Of a DNA stretch of 64,000 nucleotides, positions 38,558 through 53,698 are shown piece by piece; within the stretch, counting starts at the first letter, position 1; the number at the start of each line of letters is the position of its first letter. Source of the stretch: Octopus sinensis (taxonomy: Eukaryota); assembly GCF_006345805.1 (NCBI RefSeq), contig NC_043004.1, positions 56,792,001 through 56,856,000 on the forward strand. Reading direction: 5' to 3'. Position numbers and translations under genes: made by a program. The notes beneath the pieces are model-generated. The model saw only the letters and a list, made by a program, of their open reading frames with translations. It was not told the origin of the DNA and made no database searches.

Positions 38558-41500
38558 GTGTAGGTACAAGTAATGAAATAGTCAGAGGAGGATACGTGGT
38601 GGTGTCATATTGGTACATGGAGATTACATAGTTTAATGTGAACCGAATATATAAAAACGGGACGATTATCATGCAGTCAGAAAATGTTACGAACTTAGCA
38701 AATTATTTTTCCTAAGTACTACTCATAAGTAGCATAGTTACATGAGGAAATAAGAACCCCTGATTAGATTTCCAATTCAAAACTCGGGTTTCTTATTTCG
38801 TGAATAGAGCATTTTGTCAACATGGTATGGGCCTGGTTAAACCACATCATAGAATACTTCTAAGAAATTATCACTTTCTTACCCTGGACAGTAGAACATC
38901 TATTCGTACGCAGACTCGATATTCCTCCTTATACTTGCAAGTTTTCATGAATGTTGACTTCACATTCTCCAACTGGGACATCGGAAGGCATCTCCTTCAA
39001 TAGAACGAAACGCAATAAATATCAAATATTCCACATACATATAATTACCATACACACAATAAGTAAATAATGCAATATGATTCATCTGACACTTGCAACT
39101 GCTGCGACCCAAAGATCAAAGAAACGATCTTCTACGGAGGTTAAGACAGTAACTTGGCGATATTAAAAGCAGAGTATTACTTGAGTAATTTGATCACATC
39201 GTCTTTAATCATCGGTGAATGCTGTATGCAAAGCACTAAAAATAATTTTCTTCTTATTTACATGTACTTATGGGCTTTGAGATCCAATTCCCAAAAAGAA
39301 ATTTTCACACACGTACACCCACGCAAAAAATACACATACACACGTACACACATACGCATACAGGTATATATATGTATGCGTGTATATATATATATGAAAA
39401 TGTATATATATGAATATTATAAACATACATATGTGTGTGTGTGTGTGATTTAATGCTATTGATTTAGTCGCTTGATTTGTTATGAAATATGTATACTTAA
39501 ATTTTACATTACTTTGAATGAAAACTTATGTAGATTATTATTATTATTAATAAACATCATATTCAACAATCAATAATAAAGACTCTGTTATATCTCACCA
39601 TCTATCATGCTATTTAATAAATGTCTGAAGCAATTTATTAAAAATGAGAAATAGATAAATGGGTAATTAGCACGTTGAATTAACAAATTCGAGTCATTAT
39701 GAAAATAGATCATTTTGATTGCAATGAGTCATTGAATTTTAATCAGTTATTTAATCTAGAAATGATTAATATTCTTGGAAACTTATGTAATTTTTGATTT
39801 AATTGTATTTAGTTTTATTTATTGAAACTTTAAAAGTGAAACAGTAAAATAGGAACGGCAATATTGTTAACTATTTCTCTGCAGAATAAACTGAAGTATT
39901 GATCACCGTTGGATTTCCTCATCGTGAACAAGTTTTGAAATTAGATTTTATTGCTGCTTTCAGCCTGTATTTTTCTGGTGAGGTTTAGAGTCATTTGTTT
40001 ATTCTGTCCTCATGGTTTGGCTAAATAAAAAAATATGCAGTGCTTGTTCAAATTCTCTGTAAGGAATATATAGTTTAGCAAAAGCAAATTTGATATTTAC
40101 CTCCATAACTCCATGCTTAAATAGGTCGAATGGAGTTGCAGTTAAATAGACAAAATATATATATAGCAATTGTCGCCCTAACTTCTTAGTTACCACTAAA
40201 CTAGTGAGGGGGCATTCTACTGAATCTCGAGAGAATACATAGTCTTTATTTATTTATTTATTTTTATTTCGGTAATCATTACGTATTGACTTATTCAGGA
40301 ATTTGTAAGGCTGCTTTGTATTTATTTGGCGTCTCATTGATTAGAGTGCAATATCGCATCCAAATAAGTAAGAAAGTAATAGAAAAGAAAAATTACTTTT
40401 GGCTAAGCTAAGAAGTGGAGATGAAGGTGTAGAAGTATCAGTGAGAAGATAATTGTATTAGAAGAAAGAGATTCTAAGGCTTTGCAAATTTTGACAGTAT
40501 ATCTTAATAAAGCCTCGGAAAAAAAATAGAAAATGTAAGAACAAAAGATTGAATGGATAAAATTCTGTGGTGTCGACGAATACTTAATCTGCTTGTATGA
40601 GAGTTGTAATCCAATACTTGCTAGAGATTTTATTGCATAGAACTGTCTCTCCGTCAATCACAGTATAGAATGGATGGGGTAATTGTTGAGAAAACGTCCT
40701 ATAAAACGAGAATTCCAATAAATAAAATCGAATTCTCCGGAAGAAATATCACCTATGGGAAAGAATAAAGTGGTTTTCGTTGGTTTCACATTTCATTGAG
40801 TGGTTATACATTATTGTTTATTCATTTTAGTAAAGTAATTTCCATTCCTAAAGGAGAAAAAAAAAACGTGAATATGATATAGCAAAACAAAATACCTTTC
40901 CTCAGTTTAATAAGTTGAATGAAATAAATTCAAATATAAACTTATATTTGTTTGTGTATGAAATTCAATATCAAGTATTTTTATGTGAGTTTCGTTTCAT
41001 TTCATTCACTCCAAGTAAGTTTAAACAGACAGATTTATTAACCATTCTAAATATTCTTTTATAGCATGTGAAGGCTAGAAAGTTTTAATGTTTAATAACT
41101 ATCTGTAAAGGAAAATATACAACTAAATTGAAATGAACGGAGACTTAAATGCAATACACACAGCAGATAATTTGCGAACGTCTGAAACTGTATGTCTTAA
41201 GCAATGTGTGTATGAATTAATTTCTTGAAAAACATATAATAATATAACTTCATAAATTTAATTGCATTTTCATGCAAATGTATGAATATGTTTCTACTTC
41301 AGTTAATTAAGGGCGCTTGGCTATGTGTTAGTGAATGAGTCTGTCAAGCGCTAATAATAGTTCTGGACAATTAAAAATGAATTTATCATTTTCCCCATTC
41401 TCGTAAGATCCTAATTGAACGTCCAACATTTAAATGATTATATATATGAAGCATTAGATATGTGCACAAATATGCATATATATTCAAACTCATACGATCG

Positions 41501-42219
41501 ACTGCATATGCATTTAAGTACGTGTGATTAAGGGTATGTATGTTAGCTGTGTGTGTATGTATTCGCGTGCTTGCATAATTATATACGTATGTATGCGTGC
41601 CTGTGTGCGCGTGTGTGCATGTATAGATGTGTATGTGAGGATTTTAATTTGTATTCATCTTATTCAAATTCCTGCTATGATATATTACAGTGCTGAAGGC
41701 ATGTATAATATATTTATAAATATATTCATAAATGTAAAACACGAAAGCGAACATATTTAACTACAATTTTGTAATAAGTTTTTACAGACACATTACACAA
41801 AATATTTCTTTATATTTATGATTGATATTCAAACTACCAAATGATGTCCAACAAAGTAAAACACAAATACATTAGTTTGTATTTTAGATATTATTTCCAG
41901 TTATAGCAATTGTCAGACACTCTTATACATATTCACTCTCAGACAATCTCACAAGTGCATATTCGCACATATAACATTGCACATACATTCACATAATCTC
42001 ACATGAAACGTGCAAACACATACATACACACTTCAATGCTTTCAAAACAATATTATTCTACGACTGGAATCATTTAAATAAAATCTTTGTATTCTTATCC
42101 ATAGGAAGAAAATTTAGTTGCCCTGTAATGTGAAGTTTTGGATAAAATACTTTAATTAACATTCAGCAAAAGAAAAAAAAAGAAAAAGAAAAAGAAGTTT
42201 TAATTATTTGAAGACCATT

Positions 42220-42439
42220 TTAATAATACTTTCGATTATAGAAACAAGGTCCGACATTTTGTTGGGTAATGGTAGGGAGGCTTATCGATCGCATCGACTC
42301 TAGTGCTCAGTTGGTACTGATTTACCGATCCCTAGAAGATAAAATGTAAAGTCGACGTTGGTGGAATTTTAACTCAGAATGTAAGGACTGACGAAATGCC
42401 GTTAAGAGTGCTAACAATTCTGACAGCTCGCCGCCTTAC
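42220..42439 (-). mobile_element. Diverged SINE family C copy
   Basis: ATCGACTCTAGTGCTCAGTTGGTACT...AAAGTCGACG...GACGAAATGCC...CAGCTCGCCGCCTT. Confidence 0.7.
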
Positions 42440-42934
42440 ATAAACGGTTTTAAATTTTGGCAGAAGAACAGTAAATTCAATGGGAGGGATTTAGCGGATT
42501 ACATCGACGTCAGTTTCGCTCTCATGACAATTTTAGAAAAAAAATACCAAACTATACCGTTATATTTTTCATTACTCTAATGATTTAAACAAACGGGAGC
42601 TCAAGGAGGAGGAAAGTTCGTTAGAGCTCTATAAAGAGACCTCGAGGCTCGGTTAATAACAGACATGTTAAAATATTATCAACACATAAAACAGACGCGA
42701 CACTTAGATTAGAGCCCACACACAGTTAAACACAGACGGAGCCTCAGCAGAAAACATGAGTGGAATGATAACACCCCTCCACTCCATCACATCTCAATAT
42801 GACGAGTGAAGGTAGAATAAAAGAAGAAAAGTAAAATACACAGATACAAAATGTATGACACATAAACCCATATACACACCCACGACATTCATACACATAC
42901 TAAACAGGGAATGAAAAATAAAAATAAACGAATA

Positions 42935-43300
42935 TAGGCGCAGGAGTGGCTGTCTGGAAAGAAGCTTGCTTACCAAGCACATGGTTCCGTGTTCATTCGC
43001 ACTGCCTGGCACCTTGATTTCTAGTATAGCCTCGGGCCGACCAAAGACTTGTGAGTGGATTTGGTAAACGGAAACTGAAAGAAGCTCGTCGTATATATGT
43101 ATGTGCGTGTATATGTCTGTGTTTGTGCTTGACAGCGGATGGTGGTGTGTTTACATCTCCGTAACTTAGCGGCTTGACAAAAGTGACCGATAGAATAAGT
43201 ACCAGGCTTACAAAGAGTAAGTCATGGGGTTGATTTGCTCGACTAAAGGCGGTGCTCCAGCATGGCCGCAGTCAAATGACTGAAACAAGTAAAAGAGTAA
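42935..43300 (+). mobile_element. Full-length SINE family A
   Basis: AGGCGCAGGAGTGGCTG head through the GAAACAAGTAAAAGAG tail. Confidence 0.88.
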
Positions 43301-43993
43301 CAGAGATAAAAAGAGAATAAAAATAATGTTGCAAGCAAACTGTTATACACGTACATAAAACACACATGTTAAATACATAGACACGCGCGCACACACACAT
43401 AGATACCAACGCCAACTCAGGCAGAGATAAGCATATGTATAACACAAAGACAGGGTTAACCAGAACAAGAAGAGACATGTGGTATATAAAGTCGTTGAAA
43501 CAGTCTCAAGATGTGCAACGAAAAGATTTGACAAAGAAACACAAATAATAAGAATAATAACGCTTAAGGACCAAACATTGTAATGGCAAAATATAACAAT
43601 CCTCACGTAAAACAAAAAAATTGCCCATCAAAAGTTTCCGCACACCGGGTGACATCAGGAGTGAATACTCACTGTTTCGGAGCCTTCTCCTCCAAAGCTT
43701 TTAGGCACATCGGCTCCTACTTCCTACTTGCCCGACTAACGAGTATTTAACCATCGAGATTCGAACATAAGTCCTTCAACTCTTCAATCCTTCCTCGGCT
43801 GCATTACAAGTCTGACGTCATGCTAGTATGACTTGCGATAAATAATATTCACGACTTCTCTTCTACGCTTCACTCTCCCTCAACTTATTTCGGCATCACT
43901 TCCGTAATCCTTTCATCATCCATATTCAGGGAGACTAATGCTTGTCGATCGCAGCTTTTGACCGGATTTCTTGCAACATTGTATTAGTTCCAT

Positions 43994-44226
43994 AAGGCGA
44001 CGAGCTGGGAGAAGCGTTAGCACGCCGAGCGAAATGCTTTGCGGTATTTCGTCTGCCGTTACGTTGTGAGTTCAAATTCAGCCGAGATCGACTTTGCCTT
44101 TCATCCTTTCGGGGTCGATAAATTAAGCACCAGTTACACACTGGGGTCGATGTAATCGACTTAATACCTATGTCTGTCCTTGTTTGTCCCCTCTATGTTT
44201 AGCCCCTTGTGGGTAATAAAGAAATA
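43994..44226 (+). mobile_element. Full-length SINE family C with a 14 bp target-site duplication
   Basis: AAGGCGACGAGCTGG...GTGGGTAATAAAGAAATA. TGTATTAGTTCCAT occurs at 43980-43993 and 44227-44240. Confidence 0.92.
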
Positions 44227-46086
44227 TGTATTAGTTCCATGATAATTCACAACTGATCATAGCCATCCACCAAGGTTGTTTCCAGTACATCAAACTTTTA
44301 TGGGAAGGTACACAGCAATCTTTAACTTTGTAGACCTACACCAATATGCTCGTCTTTCCTAAAATAAGTATCAACAATATTGACCTCATCTACATTATAT
44401 TCATTCTATCCCTAGAAGCCCTAACATGAAACAAGCTTGCTTTGTAACTAAATACGAAAACGTACCTATTTCTATATCTTAAGTTGTTTACCAATCAAGT
44501 ATCAAACAAGATAATGATGAAAATATAATTACACACTCAAAGATTCATTGAATACAAGAATATATCAAGTATCATTGGGGTTGATAATATTTAATCTCGT
44601 ATGCTTTATGTGGTGCAACTGTTTAAGTACATATCTTTTGCATAAATGACATTATATCAGCAATTTCCCGAATTTGGAAACAGCTGTAAAGATTTATTAC
44701 GTCCTGGAATAAAAAATAACACCACATAAATGAATTGCTGGTTTATAGATACATGCACACGCACACACATACACACACACGCACACACACACGCGCCCGT
44801 ACACACACACACACATATATATATGTGCACGTGCGTTTGCATATAGAACAAGTGTAAATATAATTTATCTGTTCGATAGGGTTATAATCTTTATTTATTC
44901 GCAATATTGAAATAAATGTAGTCACAGCAACGTATATATATATATATATATATAATATATATATATATATTATATATATATATATATATATAATATATAT
45001 ATATATATGTGTGTGTGTGTATATATCGGCGTAAAATTGTAGGGATCTTCTGGAAGTTGACTAATAAGGAATCATCTTCGAATTGTCTGCTTGCGCTTTT
45101 GTAAACTGTTGAAATATGTGTGGTGTGTGTGTGTGTGTTTGTTTGTATGTGCACGTGTGTGCGCGGGCGTGTATGTATGTATGTATATTTTTATGTACAG
45201 TTAAACATCCCAGACTGCCTCGTTTATTTGAATTTCGTTTTCTTTTTTATTCCTCTTACCTCTTTCTTACTCCTTACCGTTACGTCCTCACATTTAGAAT
45301 TTATTACATTCTATCATGAATTCCTGTGCTCTTCTAATGAGGGTCTTAAGTTCATGGTGGTAAGTCTTAGGTCCATGGATGCTGGAAGGTATAATACTTC
45401 GCGTTGAATTATTCCTCCTAGTTGTTAATGAGTGCAGGGTTTGGCACAGCATAGTGTTGCGCAGTCCAGACAGGAGTCTTTTACTCTTCATTGCTAATGA
45501 GCCTTAGGAATAAAAGTAACCTCGGTTCAGGTGAGCCCTTAGGCACCAGATTGATTTCATCTCATTTATAAATACATGTATATGTGTGTGACTGTGTGTG
45601 TGTATCTATGTATGTAGATGTGTATGAAATTGCTTTTTAAAGATATACTTGTCAAACACAGACTCACACACTATGCACAAACACGCACACACACAGACGT
45701 ACACAAACTCATACACACAAGCACACACATAAACACACAATTATAGAGCACAAGAAAACACGCTCACACACAACATAAGTATCACAGTATCGTAGAATTG
45801 ATCAGAACACGAGATGCTATTATACACTGTTGATTATTATGCGCTTCCAATGTTGGCCTCGATTGCACCGTTCTTTTCCATCGGTTATCGTGGAGACCTT
45901 CCAAGATGTCTTTTCTGAATTAGATATCCTTCAACAACTGCACGAGTGTTCTTGTGGCATGATTCTTGCAGCGGAACTTTTGATTTCAGTATTCTGTGAT
46001 TACATCATGCACCTCCGCTCCGTCCCCAAGTGATCTGATTTCAAATGTTCTCTATAAATAATATTCCTAGCATGGATCTTTCCATA

Positions 46087-46241
46087 GAGTGGCTGTGTGG
46101 TAAGTACCTTGCTTACCAACCACATGGTTCCGGATTCAGTCTCACTGCGTGGCACCTTGGGCAAGTGTCTTCTACTATAGCCTCGGGGAGACCAAAGCCT
46201 TGTGATTGGATTTGGTTGACGGAAACTGAAAGAAGCCCGCC

Positions 46242-46282
<41 letters not shown>

Positions 46283-46497
46283 TGTGTACGTTTGTGTCTG
46301 TGTTTCTCCCCCCAACGTCGCTTGACAACAGATGATGGTGTGTTTACGTCCCTGTAACTTAGCGATTCAGCAAAAAAGGCCGATAGAATAAGTACTAGGC
46401 TTACAATGGACGAGTCCTGCAATCAATTTGCTCGACTAAAGGCAGTATTCCAGTATGGCAGCAGTCAAATGACTGAAACAAGTAAAATAGTAAAAGA
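46087..46497 (+). mobile_element. Near full-length SINE family A
   Basis: GAGTGGCTGTGTGGTAAG...GGAAACTGAAAGAAGCCCG(TA)n(TG)n...GAAACAAGTAAAA. Confidence 0.88.
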
Positions 46498-46629
46498 TCC
46501 CTTGCGTCGTAGCTTATCGATGTCCTATCTGCGTTGTAGTCCACACCTCACTTACGCAGCAGCTGCAGCAGTAGTAGTAAGAATAACAAGAACAATAATA
46601 ATAATATTAATAATAATAATAATAATAAT

Positions 46630-46795
46630 AATTTCTACAGAAGGCATAAGACCTGAAATTTTTGGGGGGATTAAATGTACTTCAGTACTCAACTGGTACT
46701 GAACTGATGAAAGGAAAGCCGATCTCGACAGAATTTAAACTCAGAACAGAAAGACGGACGAAATGCCGGTAAGCGTTTTGCCCAGATTCGATTGA
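46630..46795 (-). mobile_element. Diverged SINE family C fragment next to (AAT)n
   Basis: CAGTACTCAACTGGTACT...GAATTTAAACTCAGAAC...GACGGACGAAATGCC. Confidence 0.55.
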
Positions 46796-47182
46796 AAAAA
46801 AGGGAGCAAATTAAGAAATATTCTGATCATCGCATAATACTTCTTGATACTGATTAATTTTCGGTTTGAGCCTAAACTGTCACCCAAGATTTGAAGGGGT
46901 TTGGCACTGAGACAATTGAAAAACTGCATCGTATATTTTGCTAGAATCCTCAAAAATAACCCAGTGGCTTAAAATAACTTGTCCCAAAATAGAGCCTGGA
47001 GACTGTATATAGAAATTCGCCTGACCGCATATCTACACAAAAATATACACACGTACATGCACGCACACACGAAACATAGACATGAACATGCATAAACGCA
47101 CGTACACAGACACGCACACGAACACACAATCACACACGGGTATACACACAAACTCGCGTGCACGAACACATATACACACACG

Positions 47183-47230
<48 letters not shown>

Positions 47231-47512
47231 TAGATGCAATTGTCTTCATGGATAACTGTGTTTCTATGTATAACACTGTACATACCTTGCCTTACTCCAC
47301 ACAAATTGTTGTGACTAAATTTCTGCGAGTGCATAACACACGCAATTGAATATATAACAGGATATGAGTGTGTGTGGGTGTGTGTGGGTGTGTGTGTGTG
47401 CGTGTCTATTTATGTGTGTGTGTTTGTAATTTCCTGCATATACATTAACAACCACCGACATAGAAACATTAATAAAATTACAAATCCAATTAAAAGTAAA
47501 TCGTAACACAGT

Positions 47513-47594
<82 letters not shown>

Positions 47595-47791
47595 AATATA
47601 TATATATATATATATAAGCGTGCTTGCATGTTTAGGGGAACTTATACGCATATATATATGTGTGTGTGTGTGTGTATATATATGTATATATGCATATACT
47701 TATATATTTATTTATGCATATATATAGATATATATGGCGTTGTATGTATATATATATATATATATAGCTCTCTCTCTCTCTCTCTCTCTCT

Positions 47792-47830
<39 letters not shown>

Positions 47831-48591
47831 TAGATATAGACATACCAAATGAAATTCGATCTATAATTCATATAAGAAAATGGCTGCCTAAAGTAAAATA
47901 CAAACATTATAATTGATACAAAAGAAATGCTGTTTAAATGGAAAAGAAAATTACAGGTACGTGTGTGGCGATGGGCGTATCCCGTGCACATTAATATAGT
48001 AAGCTAAATACAAGGATGGAACAAGTAGCGCACACAAATACAACAGCAATCATATATCGAAAATCTGGTATGATTTATGGCTCCAGAGATTCTTAGCGAA
48101 CGTTTATTTTATAGCTACTTTTTGCAAACTCTAGCAACAAAATATAAACGTATCTAATGCATTATATTGTATATTAAATCTATATAATAGAAGACGTGTA
48201 TACATATTATAGTAATATTTGCCAGAATTTGCACCGTTTACACACCACGAATTGTATACCTTGAGATTTATATAATATTCTAAGTGCATGTGTACACACA
48301 CATACAAGCACATACATATATATATATGTATATATATGTATATATATATATGTATATATATATGTATGTATATATATATGTATATATATGTACATATATA
48401 TGTATATATATGTGTATATATATGTGTATATGTATATATATATATGTATATATATATATATGTATATATGTATATATATACACACACACACACACATATA
48501 TATATATACATACATACATATATATATATATGGATATACATACGTATGTATATATTTATATACATACATACATACATACATATATATACAT

Positions 48592-48631
<40 letters not shown>

Positions 48632-48879
48632 ATATAGACAATGAAACCCATGCACACACATACCACTTTATATGAGTACGCATCTCTTTGCTTAATTCCG
48701 AATTCCTCATAGACAAATTGGAAGTGAATGTGTATATTTGCAACTAGCTTTAATTCCATGAATGCATCGGTGCATTTGGGTATAAGAAATATAAACATTC
48801 CCTTTATGAATATTTTTACGTATTTGCCTTAAAGGGTTAGAAATAGAAAAAAGTAACAAAATATATAACGTTATTATCA

Positions 48880-49200
48880 TCTTCAATTTCAACATGGATA
48901 CCACCACTACGAACACCACCGCCATCAGTATCATCAACATCATCATCATCATTATCGTCGTCGCCATCGTCATCATCGTCTTTCTCGATATCATTGCGGC
49001 CTTAATCGTCTTCCTTAGCATCATCTTTACAGCCACCATTTACCACCGCCTCCACTACAACCCCCCCCCAACACCATCACCATCGCCGACGTCTTCAACA
49101 TCATTATTATCAAGTCCATCATCATCTTTTAATATCATCCTCATCAGTAGCAGCAAGTTTCGCGTCATTATCACAACCAGAAACCCAAAAGTACCATCGC
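48880..49200. repeat. Degenerate (CAT/CAC/CGT)n trinucleotide low-complexity tract
   Basis: Seen directly. Confidence 0.85.
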
Positions 49201-49477
49201 TTAGCGATATGTAACGACCGCGATAAGTAGAACTCAAGCGCAGACACTTCAAGTGAAGGTATTGTAGATTCATCGCAGCAACACTTACAACTATGATAAA
49301 ATAAAGTAAAGATACAGCGAAAATACACCTTAAAATGAGGGAACATGCATGAGCATTTGTATTCTGTATGTGAGTTTATATACGTATAACTGTGCCTATT
49401 CATAAATACATACATACCTACATATATATATATATATATATATACCTCCTATATATATACCTCCTATATATATACCT

Positions 49478-49524
<47 letters not shown>

Positions 49525-49591
49525 TATATATATTATATATATATATATAATATATATATATAATATATATATATATACATAATATATATAC

Positions 49592-49674
<83 letters not shown>

Positions 49675-51495
49675 CCCACTCTCTACTCACGGGAGACTAC
49701 AGTAGCTGAGGCTGCAATCGCGAGTGTCAAGATCTTGCCAGTCATGTGCGAACTTGACAGTCCTCCATCTAAAGCAGAGCTCACCAAGGCTATTACTCCC
49801 TAGCAAGTAACAAGGTTCCGGGAAAAGACGGTATCCCCTCAGAGATCATCAAAGCCGGCAAAAACACCATCCTGCTTCGGCACCTTCATGAGCTTCTGTG
49901 TCAGTGTTGGGAAGAGGGTATAGTCCCTCAGGATATGCGGGATGCTAACATCATTACGCTTTACAAAAACAAAGGTGACCGTGTTGATTGTAACAATTAC
50001 CGTGGAATATCTCTTCTAAGCACTGTTGGAAAGACCGTTGCTCGCGTTATCCTGGCCAGGCTACAACTACTTGCTTCTTGTATCTATCCGGAATCGGAGT
50101 GTGGCTTTGGAAAAAGGAAATCAACATACGCCAACTTCGGGAGAAGTCCAGAGAGGAGAGAATGCCATCATATATGGCCTTCATTGATCTGTCAAAGGCC
50201 TTTGACTCGGTAAGTAGAAAAGGTATCTTCATCCTGCTCCAAAAAATCGGATGTCCACCAAAGCTGCTGAGGATCATCAAGTCTTTCTATGATGATATGC
50301 AAGGCATCATACAGCACAATGGTTCAACATTATTTGATATCTTCTTCTCGCTCTTGCTCTCACATGCCTTTCAGACATCTGATGATGGAGTGTTTCTGCA
50401 CCGTAGAAGTGACGGGGAACTGTTCAATATCTCGCGCCTGCGTGCCAAGACCAAAATCAGAAGTGTCCTGATCAAGGAGATGCTATTTGCTGATGATGCC
50501 GCTCTGGTATCACACACAGAAGAAGCACTCCAAAGGCTCATTAACTGTTTTGAGCAAGCATGTAACGACTTTGGCTTAGCTATCAGCCTTAAGAAGACCA
50601 ACATCATGGGTCAGGCTACATCGGATATCCCAAACATACATATTGGAGACCACAGATTACAGGAGGTGGAGAAGTTAACCTATCTTGGCTCTACCGTCAC
50701 CTACAACCTTGACGCTGAGCTCAATATACGCATTGGCAAGGCAGCTGCTGCGATGGCCCAACTCTTCAAACGGGCATGGGACTACAATAAGCTGAGCAAG
50801 ACCACGAAAATGAAGATCTACCAGGCATGTATACTTAGCACTCTACTGTATGGAAGTGAGACATGGACGCCATACACACGCCAAGAGCGTCGCCTAAACA
50901 TCTTTCACCTGCGCTGCCTCCGGAAAATCCTCCGCATCAAATGGCAGAATCATATCCCCAACAAAGATGTCCTTAAGCAAGCAGGAATACCAAGCATATT
51001 TGCACTCCTCAAACAAAGACGTATGAGATGGCTTGGGCATGTTAGCCGTTTGAAAGATGGCAGAATCCGCAAGGACATACTCTACGGAGAGCTTGCTAGG
51101 GGTACTAGGTCTGTGGGAAGACCGTTCTTACGTTACAGTGATGTTTGCAAAAAGGACATGAAGCCCTGCAACATCAATATTAGCGGTTGGGAGGCAGTTG
51201 CCGGAAACCGTGGAGACTGGCGACGTACCGTAAAAGAGGGAATACAAATGAGTGACAGAGAGAGAGAGAGAGGAGAAATGGAAAGACAAGAAAAGACGTC
51301 AACAAGAAACTATGACATTACAACCAACCAGGAACAGTCTTTGCAACATTTGCGGTACCTGCCAGAGGGAGTGTTTGTCCAGGATAGGACTACACAGCCA
51401 CAGCAGGAAATGTATCAGGACATGAAATGTAAAAGCCGGACTAGACTACTTTATGCGCAACTCCATTGTCTCCCGAGACAAAAAGGATGCCAACA

Positions 51496-51496
<1 letters not shown>
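49675..51496 (+). mobile_element. 5'-truncated RTE-clade LINE (RT domain plus C-terminal zinc finger), disrupted, inside (TA)n
   Basis: Motifs PGKDGIP, MRDANIITLYKNKGDR.DCNNYRGISLLS, AFIDLSKAFDSV, LFADD, YLGS, LLYGSETW, RMRWLGHV and CGTCQRECLSRIGLHSHSR. Frameshifts lie near 49800, 50115 and 51270, and there are internal deletions. Confidence 0.95.
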
Positions 51497-51528
<32 letters not shown>

Positions 51529-51671
51529 ATATTATATATATATATACACAGGAACAACACATATATAGGTTTATTGCCATCTGAGTGCCGTATTTAATGT
51601 ATGCACACCGTTAGAATGATATAAAATTTCTCCTATGGCTTTTAAACAATATATATATATATATATATATA

Positions 51672-51895
51672 TTTTTTTTGTACTTGTTTCAGTCATCCGA
51701 CTGCGGCCATGCTGGAGCACCGCCTTTTAGAGTGGTGAAAGAGTACAGCAGGGATCACCACCTCCTGCCGGAGCCTCGTGGAGCTTTTAGGTGTTTTCGC
51801 TCAATAAACACACACAACGCCCGGTCTGGGAATCGAAACCGCGATCCTCCGACCGCAAGTCCGCTGCCCTAACCACTAGGCCATTGCGCCTCCAC
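51672..51895 (-). mobile_element. Chimeric SINE: family B head joined to a family A-type tail
   Basis: The minus strand follows family B to CTCTTTCACCAC, then switches to TCTAAAAGGCGGTGCTCCAGCATGGCCGCAGTC..TGACTGAAACAAGTA. Confidence 0.8.
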
Positions 51896-53667
51896 ATATA
51901 TATATATATATATCGGTGCGAGCCGCACATTATTAGTGCAGAGTCTGACGGGAACAAGAGAGAGTCTCTCGTCTTAATTTGATGCTTGCCGACGCTGTTT
52001 ATCCATTTAGCGCCTGCTTCAATTTCGTAACTCGATATATATATAGGATTCAAAGAATAAAATATCTACTTGCATTTCAGAAGTTTATCGGGCAGTATAA
52101 ACGTAACTATGGATAATTTTAATATTATACACAGGGGGAAATTTTAATTTACTGCCGCCAGAATTACGTACAACATCAAGTTGTAATATCTCCACTGGTT
52201 TTTAAAATGTCTACCAAAGTATTTGTGACATGGGTTTAAACAACGAGAATTTTAATAATGAATATATAAGGAAATCAATAACTATATAGTTAATGGCCGA
52301 ATTTCTAGTAGAGCTGTTATAAATTGATGAAGAAACAAGAGTCAGAAACAACCATACAAAAATACAGCAATATGACAAATATTACAATATTGTTAGACAA
52401 AGCGTAACGATATTAAAAAGTTGATAATATATGATATATTTCTTTTTTGCTATTGATTACTTCAAGAAAAAATTGAAACAGAAAATAGACGTAATGAGAA
52501 AATGAAAATAAATTTCACCATAACCACTTAAATGAACACGAGGTAAATAATAAAAACATGATTTACGATGCAAACATTCTGTTGTAATAGTAAAGCGCTT
52601 AAATGCATTACAATATGAATTTGAACATTTTTACAACCTCTTCTGGGATACCTAATATTCTGTTATAATATTTCACTTACTTTCTGTCTCTCTGTGTATC
52701 TGTTTGGCAGTGTGTTGTGTTGCTTCAACGAGAGAATTCTTTTCAGATATTTTCCAACTGAAAGTGCATACCAGTCAAGTGTCGGAGGATTTCTCTCCTC
52801 TCCTCCAGGTGTGACCTCCTTTAGGTCTCTGTTACTTGGGGTTTGTGTGTCTTGGTCCCAGAGTGTTTGTCTACGACTGCTTGCAGCAACAATGTTGTAT
52901 GTTGACAATTCAGAAACTGTTTGCAACCTTATGCATTACGGCGACCGAATGGATGCAGACATACATTCTTACATATATATATATATATATACATACATAC
53001 ATACATACATACAAACGTGCATGCATACATACATACTTGCATACATAAATACATACATACATACATACATACATACATACATACATACATACATACATAC
53101 ATACATACGTAAAAACGTATCTTATTGTTGATGCTGAAATTCCAGTGAAGGAGCCTTGGATCTAGGTTAGAAACTGGTTCTTTCTCTATTCGCAAGAAAA
53201 ACTTAAATAAACAGAATAATGACATATATATATATATATACACCCACACATATATATACACAAATATATATATATATATATAATATATATATATATGTAC
53301 CCACACATATGTATATACATATATATATATATACACATATACATGCATGCATATATATATATATATATATATGTTTGTTTGTATGCGTGTATTTCATTTA
53401 TATGTAATCCCTTTATATACATATATGTAGTTATATGTGTGGGTGTGTAGTAAGAGGTTTTCCTCCCAAAAGGTGGTGCTCCAGCGCGACCGCAGTCAAA
53501 TGACTGACACAAGTAAAGTAATAAAAGAATATATATATATATGTATATGTACTTGTATATATATATATACATGCATACAGATATATATGTATGTATATAT
53601 ATATATATATATATGTATGCACACACACACACACATATATATATATATACATATATATATGTGTGTG

Positions 53668-53698
<31 letters not shown>

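Noticed and set aside
38883-38994. Candidate minus-strand exon (strong CAGG|GTAAGA donor, one open frame CLPMSQLENVKSTFMKTCKYKEEYRVCVRIDVLLSR)
   Set aside because: The acceptor is weak and I see no recognisable homology. It cannot be supported without RNA-seq.
43625-43960. GC-elevated segment that might be a LINE relic
   Set aside because: No recognisable motif in the frames I translated.
53128-53195. Hammerhead-like GTGAAGG-stem-GAAAC segment
   Set aside because: A stem II can be drawn, but the CUGANGA core and stem I are not satisfied.
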